Assembly: GCA_026395815.1 (NCBI GenBank)
Contig: JAPLXZ010000012.1
Span: forward strand, 487 to 64,486
Direction: 5' to 3'
DNA length: 64,000 bases
Source of the DNA: Candidatus Pacearchaeota archaeon
GTDB lineage: Archaea; Nanobdellota; Nanobdellia; Pacearchaeales; GW2011-AR1
The notes beneath the pieces were generated by a model. It saw only the letters and a list, made by a program, of their open reading frames with translations, ran no database searches and was not told where the DNA came from. How positions within the stretch are numbered: position 1 is the stretch's first letter; each line of letters begins with the position of its first letter. This document shows positions 1 to 9,899 of this stretch, piece after piece. Both the position numbers and the translations under genes were made by a program.

Positions 1-1181
1 TGTTTCCAATGAATATTGTTTATAATGGTAATATTACAAAGCAGGATTATTATGGTGTGGATAAAAGATGGTATACAGGCAGTTCATGGAGCAGGCCTAT
101 TTTTGATATGCAAGGACAGTTAATAGGAACCAATAATGTTATAATTTTTATGGATAACTATGGGGCTTCTTATGTTACTTTTGATAATATTGAGTTTACT
201 AACTATTATTGGGATAGCTCAACATGTCCTTGGACTCAAAACACTTTTTTTTGGAATGGTTACGGGAATGTTGGCATTAATGTTTTTAATTGTTATTTTC
301 ATGGTTGGACTCATGCTCCTTCTGCAGGAGATTGTGCTGTTATGATGGGAGGCAATGGCAGGTATCAAAATGTCGCTTATAATCTGATGGATGGAACAGC
401 TTCTGGAGGTAATAGCGGAAATTCAGGAGCTGGTTATAATTACTACAATAATACTGTTCATGATATGGCGAATGGCCCTGTTGGAGGTGCAGTTAGTGTC
501 CATGATAATCTTATTTATAACATAAGAAATTCTTTTGCAGGATCAGCTTATCATACAAACGGAATTGAAGTTTGGCTGCCTCCAGGGGAGACAACTCAAT
601 ATATTTATAATAATGTATTGCATGATTTATCATCAGGCACTTATCCCCTGCCAATTGGTCCGGGATTTGCACAGACAGGAAATGTAACTGCATATATTTT
701 TAATAATGTTATGTGGAATATTGGTTGGGGTATGCCATTTGTCGTTGATTGCTCGTGTGCTGTAGGAATAGTATGTACACCAAATCAAGTTTCCGTATAT
801 ATATGGAGTAATACAGTGAGTACATTGCCTTCAGATAGTTGGACAGCGTGTATTCGTTTGGTTAATAGGGGCAATGGTAATGTGGGGCTTCTTGATCTTA
901 GAGATAATCACTGTATTACAAATAGTGGTAAACTTTACGCGTTTGATACTGGCGTAAACGCGAGTACTCTTATTGATATAACTAATCTCTTAATCCCAAC
1001 TAGTACTGCTACTAATATTGGGTATACTATCTCAAATATGTTTGCTCCTATATCACCAAATTCAATTACTGTAAATGGGGGAACCGATCTCTCTTCAGTT
1101 TTCAATAAAGATAGAAATGGCGTTTCTCGCCCACAAGGTTCTACTTGGGACATCGGAGCTTATGAATACCCATTAGATTAA
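1..1181 (+). CDS. right-handed parallel beta-helix repeat protein, C-terminal part (5' end probably cut by window)
   Basis: The frame is open from the window start, with no stop before the ATG at 9. Recurrent turns YYNNTVHDM, YIYNNVLHDL, YIFNNVMWNI and YIWSNTVST are typical of pectate-lyase-like beta-helices. The C-terminal RPQGSTWDIGAYEY motif is common at the end of such domains. Confidence 0.6.
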   Translation, partial: FPMNIVYNGNITKQDYYGVDKRWYTGSSWSRPIFDMQGQLIGTNNVIIFMDNYGASYVTFDNIEFTNYYWDSSTCPWTQNTFFWNGYGNVGINVFNCYFHGWTHAPSAGDCAVMMGGNGRYQNVAYNLMDGTASGGNSGNSGAGYNYYNNTVHDMANGPVGGAVSVHDNLIYNIRNSFAGSAYHTNGIEVWLPPGETTQYIYNNVLHDLSSGTYPLPIGPGFAQTGNVTAYIFNNVMWNIGWGMPFVVDCSCAVGIVCTPNQVSVYIWSNTVSTLPSDSWTACIRLVNRGNGNVGLLDLRDNHCITNSGKLYAFDTGVNASTLIDITNLLIPTSTATNIGYTISNMFAPISPNSITVNGGTDLSSVFNKDRNGVSRPQGSTWDIGAYEYPLD

Positions 1182-1203
1182 TTAATTTATAAATTATAGA
1201 TGA

Positions 1204-1725
1204 ATGAGAACCTTTATTTCAATAGATATTCCAGAGAAAATTAAAAAAGAAATCATAAAAATACAAAATCAACTTTCGAATTTTAAAGGGAAGCTTATAG
1301 AATTTAAAAATTTACATCTCACATTAAAATTTCTTGGGGAGATAGATGAGAAAAAACTTTCTGAAACAAAAAAAAGATTGAAAAATGTTTCTTCTAACAA
1401 ATTTGAAGCAGAAATAGATTCTATCGGTGTTTTTTCTGAAGATTTTATAAAAATTATCTGGTTGAGAATAAGGAATTGCGATGAACTACAAAAGCAAATT
1501 GATGAAAAACTAAGAGGAATTTTTAAAAAAGAAGACAGATTTATGAGCCATCTGACCATCGCAAGGGTAAAAAATGTCAAAGACAAGAAGAAATTTTTAA
1601 GTGAATTAAACAAGATGAAAATACTTCCTATGAAATTTACAGTAAATGATTTTAATCTCAAAAAATCAACCTTGGCAGAACAAGGGCCTGTTTATGATAT
1701 CATTGAGAATTATAGACTAAATTGA
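1204..1725 (+). CDS. thpR: RNA 2',3'-cyclic phosphodiesterase / 2'-5' RNA ligase (2H phosphoesterase family)
   Basis: It has the two HxTx motifs of the 2H fold (HLTLKFLGE and HLTIARV). The 173-aa size fits LigT/ThpR. Confidence 0.8.
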   Translation: MRTFISIDIPEKIKKEIIKIQNQLSNFKGKLIEFKNLHLTLKFLGEIDEKKLSETKKRLKNVSSNKFEAEIDSIGVFSEDFIKIIWLRIRNCDELQKQIDEKLRGIFKKEDRFMSHLTIARVKNVKDKKKFLSELNKMKILPMKFTVNDFNLKKSTLAEQGPVYDIIENYRLN

Positions 1726-1813
1726 AAATATAAACAAAAAAGACTTTTATGTTTTATATATCTTCTGTGCTGTAACTATCGCTTTGAATTATGATATCTT
1801 TTAAAAAGAATTC

Positions 1814-2107
1814 TTGGATAATAATAATTTAATGGCTAATGATTATAAAGCATTTTTTGAGAGAATTTCTAAAGAATACGGAATGGCCGGGGGATATTCT
1901 AGATTGTGCGACCTTATAGATACAGGAAAACTTAGAGATGGACTCGATGAACAGAGATATGGGGTTGCAAAAAGTGTTATCTATAACTTTTTTAATGAAC
2001 ATAATAGTGCAGCAGCAAAGAGAACTTTTGGAATAACTCCATATGATATAAAAGAATTAACCAAAAAAGCAGAAGAACAGGAAAGAATGCTTAGAACTCT
2101 TCATTAA
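1814..2107 (+). CDS. hypothetical protein
   Basis: 97-aa ORF with a TTG start in the track (an internal ATG gives MANDYKAFF...). No recognisable motif. Its 3' end overlaps the convergent nuclease gene by 17 nt. Confidence 0.35.
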   Translation: MDNNNLMANDYKAFFERISKEYGMAGGYSRLCDLIDTGKLRDGLDEQRYGVAKSVIYNFFNEHNSAAAKRTFGITPYDIKELTKKAEEQERMLRTLH

Positions 2108-2768
2108 TAAGCTTGAAAACTTCTGCCTTTTTTCCGATAATCTTTTTCAATTCTTCAATAGAAGCATTAACTATATTTTTTACTGTCTTGAATTTTTCTA
2201 AAAGTTTTCTTGCTGTTTTTGGTCCTATTCCTGGAAAACTTTCTAAAATAAATTGCAATCTTTCTTTTTTATTCAAACTTTTTTTTGTTACATTCAAGGG
2301 CATCTCCTTTTCCTTTCTTCTTGCTAATACAGAAATGAATTTTGCAGTATCTTGATAATTTTTTGTGAAAATTATTGGAATTTTATGCTTTAGCAATATC
2401 GAAAGCAGAAAGCCACGGATTGAATTTGCATGAACTCTTTCATTATCATCGTTATAAATCTCATGTTCTTCTATTCCTTCTATAATCAACAATTTATTTT
2501 CATATTGTTGCAATTCTTCTAATTGCTTTATTAGCCTGTGATTTATCATAGAAGAAATGAAATCTGAAATAGTCTTTCTTTCTATTGCTACATCTTTTAC
2601 AATATAATCTGCAACTTTCAATTCCCTGAATTCAACGCCGATTCCATATTCAATCAATTCAGATGCAACCAAACAATTTTTTTCTCTATAATCCGCAATT
2701 ATTTTTATTTTTTCAATTATTTTTTTTGTCGGATTTTTCTTAGAAAATATATTAAATATTTGTTTCAT
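2091..2768 (-). CDS. ERCC4/XPF-type structure-specific nuclease with C-terminal (HhH)2
   Basis: ERCC4 signature VADYIV...AIERKTISDF. The C-terminus has tandem helix-hairpin-helix motifs (FPGIGPKTARKLLEKF...NASIEELKKI). Confidence 0.8.
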   Translation of the reverse strand: MKQIFNIFSKKNPTKKIIEKIKIIADYREKNCLVASELIEYGIGVEFRELKVADYIVKDVAIERKTISDFISSMINHRLIKQLEELQQYENKLLIIEGIEEHEIYNDDNERVHANSIRGFLLSILLKHKIPIIFTKNYQDTAKFISVLARRKEKEMPLNVTKKSLNKKERLQFILESFPGIGPKTARKLLEKFKTVKNIVNASIEELKKIIGKKAEVFKLINEEF

Positions 2769-2806
2769 CTTTTTTTAGGATATATCCTTTACTTTCTTAA
2801 ACTTTC

Positions 2807-4108
2807 TTATGAAAGTTCTTTAAGAACTCCTTCTGCTGCTCTTAGACCAGATGCTGCTGCTCCTACAATTCCCCTGCTAAAACCAGAGCCATCTCCTGCA
2901 ACATAAATTCTATTTTCTGCCTTCAAATATTCATTTGTGGATATGTGCAATCCATGAAATTTAATTTCTGGAGCGTGTAATATCGTTGAATCAGAACTCA
3001 ATCCTGGAATTATTTTATCTAATTTTTGAATTCCTTCGATGATATCTGTAAGATAACGAGCAGGCATAGCCAAGGCTAAATCTCCCCAGGTAATATCTTT
3101 TAATGTTGGTTGAAACAGATATTCTTTTTGTTTTGATTCTTTGCTTCTTCTAAATCTTATTAAGTCCCCCCATCTTTGTGCAAGAGTCTTTCCACCACTT
3201 AAATCATGAAAGGTTAAGCTTATATTTTTTGCAAATTGATTGGAATTTGTTAGAGGTTCTGTTAATGGAATTGTAATTAACAATGCAAAATTTGTATTTT
3301 CAGTAGATTTTCCTGATTCTGAATGCCCATTGACTGTTTTGAATCCATAATGAACTTCTTGTCCAACAAAACCATTTGGACATGTGCAGAAAGTTCTTAT
3401 TTTATCCTGATATCTATCTGTTTTTAAATAAAATTTTATATCTCTTGTTATGTTAGTTATCTCTTCAATTATTTCACTTGGAACTTCTATTCTTACTCCT
3501 ATATCTACTGGACGATAAGTATAGCAAATAATATTTTCTTGTAAAAACCTTTCCATCCATCCGGTTTCTCCGCTAACTCTTCCGGGAGCAATAATAAAAA
3601 AATCTGCTTCTGGAGAGAGGTGTTCAATTTCACGATTACAGGAAAAATTAACCCCCCTTTTTATTAAATAATCTTGAAAGTCTTCCACAAAAGGAATTAA
3701 TCTATCTGTTCCAATATGGCTCTGTTTAGGGTAAATAAAATCTATTCCGTATTGCAAAGCCTTTTTTTCAAGTTCTTTTATTTTTTTTTGATTTGAATTT
3801 GTCTTTATAATCTCAAATCTTCCAAATATCTTTTCAACTTCATTAGTTAACCTTTGATTTTCAGAAAGCGATAAAATTTCTCCTAAATTATTTCCTACTC
3901 TCGTATCGAAAATTAATTTCCCATCTGACATTAATCCAGCTCCTCCAACTCCATGAAGAACATCTTTTGATAAAATTCTTTGTTCTATTGTTCCTCCTGA
4001 ATCAACCACTTCTATTTTGATATCGATATGAGAATCGGTTGCTAATTTATATGCTGCAAATAATCCAGCAGGTCCTGCTCCAACAATTACAATTTTTTTT
4101 GAACCCAT
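2807..4108 (-). CDS. FAD-dependent oxidoreductase (uncharacterised NAD(FAD)-utilising dehydrogenase type)
   Basis: N-terminal Rossmann motif KIVIVGAGPAGLFAAYKLA and C-terminal YVAGDGSGFSRGI. I moved the start to MGSKK at 4108, which abuts the purA stop at 4110. Confidence 0.7.
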   Translation of the reverse strand: MGSKKIVIVGAGPAGLFAAYKLATDSHIDIKIEVVDSGGTIEQRILSKDVLHGVGGAGLMSDGKLIFDTRVGNNLGEILSLSENQRLTNEVEKIFGRFEIIKTNSNQKKIKELEKKALQYGIDFIYPKQSHIGTDRLIPFVEDFQDYLIKRGVNFSCNREIEHLSPEADFFIIAPGRVSGETGWMERFLQENIICYTYRPVDIGVRIEVPSEIIEEITNITRDIKFYLKTDRYQDKIRTFCTCPNGFVGQEVHYGFKTVNGHSESGKSTENTNFALLITIPLTEPLTNSNQFAKNISLTFHDLSGGKTLAQRWGDLIRFRRSKESKQKEYLFQPTLKDITWGDLALAMPARYLTDIIEGIQKLDKIIPGLSSDSTILHAPEIKFHGLHISTNEYLKAENRIYVAGDGSGFSRGIVGAAASGLRAAEGVLKELS

Positions 4109-4109
4109 T

Positions 4110-5129
4110 TTAAATATTATAAGCAACAACATCTTTTTCTTCTGAGCCATAAGAAAGCAAATCTATTGTTGGATAAGGATAATTTTTGCATAATTCTTCT
4201 TGAACTATTCTTATAAATCCTCTTTCATCTCCAAATCCTAAACTATTCCAAAAGAAATCAGGAAGGTCCATGTGAGTTATTGCTAATCTTGTTGCTGAAT
4301 TCATTCTTATTACTTCTCTTACATTTTCCCATTCGAATCTGCCAATTCTTCTTAATCTTTTGCTTACTGTTCCTGTTTCTCCTCCATCTTCATGAGCCCA
4401 TTTTAAAATTTTTTCATCAAAAATTTCCTTTTCAAGAGGACCAGGACCAACTCTTGTTGTGTAAGGTTTTAATACAATGTATATATCTCTTACATTCTTA
4501 GGACCTACACCTAATTCACCAAGAAGAGAAGAAGCATTCACAGAACGAGATGTAACATAGGGATATTCGCCATGAATCAAATCCAATTTTGCGCCATGGT
4601 CTCCTTCAAGAAGAATTTTATCTCCTAAATCAAGAGCATCTAGAATTTCATCTTTTGTATCAGTTAAATAATATTTTAATTCAGGAATATCTTCTGCAAA
4701 AAGCAAATTTTTTCTCATTATTTTGTCTCTTCTGCATGGGCCGACTCCTGTTCCTACACTTCCAATATTTCCCATCAAATGAGAATTTTCTCTTTCTTCT
4801 TTAAGATGTTCATCGCTTACTATTGTCGTTTTGTAATCTATTCCTAATCTCCAGAGATCTATTCCTGTTACTCCTATTTCGTATAATAGTTTTTTAACTG
4901 AAATTAATGCACCTCTTCCTATTAGAAGTGTGGTATTTGGATTTACAAAGCCACAAGGAAGCAATGCTAATCCAATTCTTTTTCCGTTATAATAAATGCT
5001 GTGTCCTGCTTGAGGAGCAGAAACTCTTGCACATATAGAATAATTATTATTCATAGAAAGCCATTCTGCAATTTTTCCTTTTCCTTCGTCTCCACCCTGT
5101 CCACCAACAATAACATCTACTGGCATCAA
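4110..5129 (-). CDS. purA: adenylosuccinate synthetase (short archaeal type)
   Basis: N-terminal P-loop VIVGGQGGDEGKGKI. The 339-aa length is typical of archaeal PurA. Confidence 0.85.
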   Translation of the reverse strand: MMPVDVIVGGQGGDEGKGKIAEWLSMNNNYSICARVSAPQAGHSIYYNGKRIGLALLPCGFVNPNTTLLIGRGALISVKKLLYEIGVTGIDLWRLGIDYKTTIVSDEHLKEERENSHLMGNIGSVGTGVGPCRRDKIMRKNLLFAEDIPELKYYLTDTKDEILDALDLGDKILLEGDHGAKLDLIHGEYPYVTSRSVNASSLLGELGVGPKNVRDIYIVLKPYTTRVGPGPLEKEIFDEKILKWAHEDGGETGTVSKRLRRIGRFEWENVREVIRMNSATRLAITHMDLPDFFWNSLGFGDERGFIRIVQEELCKNYPYPTIDLLSYGSEEKDVVAYNI

Positions 5130-5163
5130 TTTTATTCAGAATTATTTTTTATAAAGATTTATG

Positions 5164-6717
5164 TTATAGAGTTTCTTGTTTTTCTGATTTGTATTTTAAA
5201 TTTCCATTGGCCATGTCTTCTTGTATATTTTGTATTGCTGTTTTCATCTTCTTTTCACGAGATTTTGAAACATAAAAGAAGGCTTCATCGCGGGTTCTCT
5301 TTGTTATTAGCATTATCAATTTACCTTTCATCAATCTTGCAGTTCTTCCGGCGCGCTGTATTGCTCGTATTGCAGATGGAACCGGTTCATAAAAAACAAC
5401 GATATTCACTTCTGGGATATCAAGTCCTTCTTCAGCTATACAAGTCGCACATAAAATATCAATTTTTCCATCTGAAAATTCTTCAATTATTTTCTTTTGT
5501 TGTTTTTGATTTAATCCTTCCCCTTCTTTTTTGGCTTGTCCTATAAATATTTTTGATTTTATCCCCCCAATTTCATTTATTCTTTTTGAAAGATTAGATG
5601 CTGTTTCCCTAAATTGAGTAAACACTATCATTTTCATTTTTTCATTTTTTTGCTTTTCATTTATTATGATATCAAGCAATTTTTGCATTTTAGGATGCTC
5701 CCTTTTTTTAGATAAAAGTTCGTTGGACTGCACGAATACAAAATTAAATTCGGGTTTTGAAACTAATTTAACAACCCCCTTACTTTGTTTTTTTGATGCT
5801 TGTTCTAATAAATTTTTAAGATATTTGTTGAATCCTTCAAGAGTTTGAGTTTCAAGAAGTTCAAGCGCATGTTGTATTTTTATTGCCTGTGCACAAGCAC
5901 TTGCTCCTAGCATATAATTGAAATTTTTATAATTCCTAGTTATTGTAACAGATATCTTTTTTTGAAGATTTATCAAATCTGTTTTTGATGCCGGGCCGAA
6001 TAAGACCTTTCTTGTCCTTAGTTCTGTTATATATCCTTCAAACAATTTAAGTAAAACCTGTCTCATCTCTTCAAATTCTGGGGGAAAGTCGAGCATTATT
6101 TTTTCAAATTTCAACTCTTGAAGGTAATTTTTTACATCTTCACTATCTCTCGTCTTTAATTCTACTTCTTCGATTGAAAGATTTTTACAGATTTCTTTTA
6201 TCTTGCTTCTGTCACTCCCTGGAGAAGCTGTCAGACCAATAATTCTTGGATGTTTAGCCTGTTTAATGTATTCGTGCGCGACGTAATTATAATCATAATT
6301 TTTAATACATCTGTGTGCCTCATCTTCTATCAGCAGACAAACATCATTTAGATTGTACAATTTTTTGTTTAAATCATTTGCAACGCATTGAGGAGTTGAA
6401 AAAATAATGTCAGAATTCTGCCAGAGTTTTTTTCTTTCTCCGGAATTTATCTGTCCTGTAAAAATATTCATTTCCCCAAATAATTCTGAAAGATGTTTTT
6501 TAAAATAGTTTAGATGCTGTTCAACAAGAGGTTTTGTTGGGGCAAGAAAAACGACTTTTTCTCCTGGAAATTGTTTCATTCTTTCTATTGAAAGCATTAG
6601 TGCAATGAGAGTTTTTCCTAAGCCAGTAGGAAGCACAACTAGGCAATTTTTCTTTATACATGTTTCAAATATCTTTTGCTGATATTCTCTAGGAATTATT
6701 CCTTCTAAAAATTCCAT
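5164..6717 (-). CDS. Hef/FANCM-like SF2 helicase (helicase half only)
   Basis: SF2 motifs are present: PREYQ, LPTGLGKT (I), EDEAH (II), LTASPG (III) and QRAGRTAR (VI). The polypeptide ends without an ERCC4 domain. Confidence 0.7.
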   Translation of the reverse strand: MEFLEGIIPREYQQKIFETCIKKNCLVVLPTGLGKTLIALMLSIERMKQFPGEKVVFLAPTKPLVEQHLNYFKKHLSELFGEMNIFTGQINSGERKKLWQNSDIIFSTPQCVANDLNKKLYNLNDVCLLIEDEAHRCIKNYDYNYVAHEYIKQAKHPRIIGLTASPGSDRSKIKEICKNLSIEEVELKTRDSEDVKNYLQELKFEKIMLDFPPEFEEMRQVLLKLFEGYITELRTRKVLFGPASKTDLINLQKKISVTITRNYKNFNYMLGASACAQAIKIQHALELLETQTLEGFNKYLKNLLEQASKKQSKGVVKLVSKPEFNFVFVQSNELLSKKREHPKMQKLLDIIINEKQKNEKMKMIVFTQFRETASNLSKRINEIGGIKSKIFIGQAKKEGEGLNQKQQKKIIEEFSDGKIDILCATCIAEEGLDIPEVNIVVFYEPVPSAIRAIQRAGRTARLMKGKLIMLITKRTRDEAFFYVSKSREKKMKTAIQNIQEDMANGNLKYKSEKQETL

Positions 6718-6723
6718 ATATAT

Positions 6724-6933
6724 TTATCTCTTTTTTATAGAATATGCAAATAGAATAGCAGAGCAAATAATTAATAATAAGCCTATTAAAGAAACGACAT
6801 TTATTCCAAATTGTCTGTTTAAAATTAAATTTCCAGTTATGCCTTTGTTGAGAAATAAAAATCCTCCAAGAAGAGAGACTGCAGCAAAAGCGTATGTTAC
6901 TCCTTTCATTTTAAAAAAATTCTTTTCTTCCAT
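6724..6933 (-). CDS. small membrane protein
   Basis: Two hydrophobic helices. The start is taken at the internal MEEKNFF, because the longer ORF overlaps the upstream gene. Confidence 0.4.
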   Translation of the reverse strand: MEEKNFFKMKGVTYAFAAVSLLGGFLFLNKGITGNLILNRQFGINVVSLIGLLLIICSAILFAYSIKKR

Positions 6934-6965
6934 TTGTTTATTATTCCTTTGTATTTTAAATAATT

Positions 6966-7598
6966 TTATATTATAAATATTGCAAATAACATGCCTATCA
7001 AGACAAGAGATGCTAAAAATCCCCACATTGCAAGACTTCCAAAGAAAATTTTATTTCCATCTAAATCTGAAATTGGAAGCATGTTAAAGAAAGCATAATA
7101 GATATTCAATCTTGCAAACATGGGAAAACCAATAAAATAACCGATTATTGCTGAAACCAGATTTATCACAATTCCTGCCATAGCAATTAAACCTAGGTGA
7201 TATTCTGTAATCTCAGAAAAAGTATAAAGCCCATACCTCTTTGCAGCCTTGTAGATTCTTGGCTTGATGTCAAAAACAAGAGAAGCCATCCAAACAAAAT
7301 TCTTGAATGGGAAAAAGATTAATTTTGACAAAACTGGAAAAAACGCTCCTGCAGGAAAAGCCTTTTTGAAATGCTGTCCAAGTTTAAAGCCATATCTTCT
7401 AATCCCCCAAATTTTCATTTCTATTTCTGAATCTAACTGAAAAGCCATAAACTTTTTTGCAGCTACATTCAAGATGACAATAATAGATATCGAAGAAAAT
7501 ACATACAAAAGATTTTTCCAGTCTTCTAAAAGGGCTGATGAAACGCTTATTAAAATTATAATTAATGCAATAACCGCAATTTCTTTTTTGTTTACCAT
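6966..7598 (-). CDS. polytopic membrane protein, site-2-protease (M50)-like but lacking HExxH
   Basis: The C-terminal FNMLPISDLDGNKIF resembles the NxxPxxxLDG motif of M50 proteases. No HExxH is present anywhere (AAKKF sits at the expected place). Confidence 0.4.
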   Translation of the reverse strand: MVNKKEIAVIALIIILISVSSALLEDWKNLLYVFSSISIIVILNVAAKKFMAFQLDSEIEMKIWGIRRYGFKLGQHFKKAFPAGAFFPVLSKLIFFPFKNFVWMASLVFDIKPRIYKAAKRYGLYTFSEITEYHLGLIAMAGIVINLVSAIIGYFIGFPMFARLNIYYAFFNMLPISDLDGNKIFFGSLAMWGFLASLVLIGMLFAIFII

Positions 7599-7713
7599 AT
7601 TGTGTATATGATAAGTTTTTTTATAAAGATTATTATACAGAGATTTGGATATAAGCAGATATGTTTTTTGGATTATGGAAAACTATTTAAACAAGCTAAG
7701 ATAGATTTTATTT

Positions 7714-7992
7714 ATGAGAATAAAAAAGGTTAGCGAGGTTATGGGAACGAAGGTATATACAGATTCTGGAGATTTTTTTGGCGAAGTAGAAGAAGCTAAC
7801 TTATCTGAGAATAAGGTTGATGGCTGGAGGATAAAAGTAGGGGGAAGCGTTATGAACATGATTGGAGGAGCAAAAGGGGTTATAATACCCCATCAATTTG
7901 TTAAAGCAATAGGAGATGTTTTTTTAATAAACAAATCCGCTTTACCAAGTCCAGATTCGGATATTGAAGAGATACCAGAAGACTTAATATAA
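7714..7992 (+). CDS. PRC-barrel domain protein
   Basis: 92 aa. VMGTKVYTDSGDFFGEVEEANL...DGWRI is typical of the small archaeal PRC-barrel pattern. Confidence 0.55.
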   Translation: MRIKKVSEVMGTKVYTDSGDFFGEVEEANLSENKVDGWRIKVGGSVMNMIGGAKGVIIPHQFVKAIGDVFLINKSALPSPDSDIEEIPEDLI

Positions 7993-7993
7993 A

Positions 7994-8497
7994 ATGGCTG
8001 AAGAGACGACATTTTTACAGCATTGGATTTTTACTCAATTTTTATTTCCTTTTTTGTTAATTTTCTTTATAGTTTTTGCAATTCTTGAAAAGACGAAACT
8101 TTTTGGAGATGGCAAGAAACAAATTAATGCACTCACTGCTTTTGTTATTGGTTTGATTTTTGTTGGAGCAGTTTATCCAAAACTTGTAGTAACAAACATG
8201 GTCTTATTTTTAACAATAGCACTTGTAGTAGTTTTTGTTGTTTTGTTAATATGGGGGTTTATTTTTGGAGATATTAAAGAAGGATTCGAATTAGAAAAAT
8301 GGATGAAGTGGATTTTAGGAGGTATCACAGGGATAGCCATTGTTGGTGGAGTTATTTGGGCTACTGGACTTTGGGCAGGAGCAGGTGATTTTCTCAAACA
8401 AGGGTTGACTCAAAATATTATAACAAACGTTGCATTTGTTGTTGTTATTGCAATTGCTTTAGCATTGGTTTTAATCGGCCCTAAAAAATCATCATAA
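7994..8497 (+). CDS. membrane protein (paralog of 8548..9108)
   Basis: 4-5 predicted TM helices. The N-terminus FLFPFLLIFFIVFAILEKTKLF aligns with LLPFLLIFALVFGILMRIKVF of the next gene. Confidence 0.6.
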   Translation: MAEETTFLQHWIFTQFLFPFLLIFFIVFAILEKTKLFGDGKKQINALTAFVIGLIFVGAVYPKLVVTNMVLFLTIALVVVFVVLLIWGFIFGDIKEGFELEKWMKWILGGITGIAIVGGVIWATGLWAGAGDFLKQGLTQNIITNVAFVVVIAIALALVLIGPKKSS

Positions 8498-8547
8498 TTC
8501 AACAAATTTAACGAAACATATTTAAACATTCTTTCATAATTTTCATC

Positions 8548-9108
8548 ATGATAAAAGGGATGATATTATTAGCAAATGGAGCCTTTGGAAGTGGGGCGCT
8601 TGGAGATTTGCTTTCAAAATGGGAACAAGCAGGTTTTTTTACTTATCTTCTTCCATTTTTATTAATTTTTGCTTTAGTTTTTGGAATCTTGATGAGAATC
8701 AAGGTTTTTAAGGATAATAAAGTAGTGAATGGGATTATTGCTTTATCAGTTGCATTAATGTCTTTACAGTTCAGTTTTGTTCCTACTTTTTTTTCACAAA
8801 TCTTTCCTAGGCTTGGTGTTGGTTTAGCAATTATTCTCGGTGTCTTAATTATCACAGGTCTTTTTGCAGACCCAGATAGCCCAGTGATTAATTATGTTCT
8901 TCTTGGAATAGGAGTGATTATTATCGGTTTGATTATAATACAATCTGCAGGTGCTGTTGGATGGTCATCGGGAGAATGGTGGGGCGAAAATTGGGCAATG
9001 GTTGTTGGCGCAATTTTCTTATTTATCTTAGTAGCAGTAGTCATTGGAAGTGCAGGGCCAAAAACAGGGGAACAAACCAGATATCGACCCCCTTATGCAA
9101 GAGATTAA
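8548..9108 (+). CDS. membrane protein (paralog of 7994..8497)
   Basis: Same N-terminal motif and TM layout as the preceding gene. Confidence 0.6.
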   Translation: MIKGMILLANGAFGSGALGDLLSKWEQAGFFTYLLPFLLIFALVFGILMRIKVFKDNKVVNGIIALSVALMSLQFSFVPTFFSQIFPRLGVGLAIILGVLIITGLFADPDSPVINYVLLGIGVIIIGLIIIQSAGAVGWSSGEWWGENWAMVVGAIFLFILVAVVIGSAGPKTGEQTRYRPPYARD

Positions 9109-9114
9109 AAACAA

Positions 9115-9885
9115 TTATTTTTTCTTATAAATTCTTCTTTGAGGTGTTGTATTATCTGAAGAAGTTTCAGATGTAGTTTCATTTAAATTCCTATTTTTTT
9201 CAAATTCCATTATTGGATTAACCATTTTTGAAAAAGAATCTTGCATCATGGACATTTCTTTTTTAATACCCTCTAAATTTTGCCCATATGAACCAACTTT
9301 TTCCAAAATTGCAAATTGCAATTTGTCGATTATTGTTTCTATCCTATTCAATCTTTCTGAGATATTATCCATTTTGGTTTCTAAAAGAGTAGTTATTTCT
9401 GTTGTTAAATCAACTTGTCTCTGGATCTTTTTTATTTTTTCAGTAAAAATTTGGTCAGAGATTTCTATTATCGTATCGGTATCAAACCCCCCATAAGCAG
9501 GATATTCTGAGTAAACATCAGAAGGATAAGCTTCTTGAGGTGCTTGCGAAGGAGAAGCGTATTGTGAAGGAGCGTATTGCTCTTGAGGTTGTGGAACATA
9601 AACTTCTTCTTTAGGAACCTCACTCATTTCACGTGTTTTAGATTTATACGCTGTAGAAATTTGTGAAGTTGGGGCAGCTAAATCTTCTTCTTCCCCTGGC
9701 CTGATAATTGATGGCCGCATTTTTTCCATATCTTCAACATCAGAAACCGCATATTTAATCTGAACCTGTTTTAATGCGTCATTTATTTCTCTAGGTGGAA
9801 CACCCTGTTGATGTAATTCACTAATAATTTCATCATCACGATAGCCCTGGTTCTTCATTTTTGTTACTTGTTCTAATACGCCCAT
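9115..9885 (-). CDS. hypothetical protein: helical N-module, P/Q/Y/S-rich linker, C-terminal coiled coil
   Basis: The composition and heptad-like C-terminus (ISERLNRIETIIDKLQ) are visible in the translation. No family recognised. Confidence 0.5.
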   Translation of the reverse strand: MGVLEQVTKMKNQGYRDDEIISELHQQGVPPREINDALKQVQIKYAVSDVEDMEKMRPSIIRPGEEEDLAAPTSQISTAYKSKTREMSEVPKEEVYVPQPQEQYAPSQYASPSQAPQEAYPSDVYSEYPAYGGFDTDTIIEISDQIFTEKIKKIQRQVDLTTEITTLLETKMDNISERLNRIETIIDKLQFAILEKVGSYGQNLEGIKKEMSMMQDSFSKMVNPIMEFEKNRNLNETTSETSSDNTTPQRRIYKKK

Positions 9886-9899
9886 TTTACTATTAATTT

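Noticed and set aside
4110-4150. Apparent 41-nt overlap between the purA 3' end and the long form of the FAD-oxidoreductase ORF (start at 4150).
   Set aside because: The internal start MGSKKIVIVGAGPAG at 4108 places the Rossmann motif at the N-terminus and removes the overlap. The upstream extension is hydrophobic junk.
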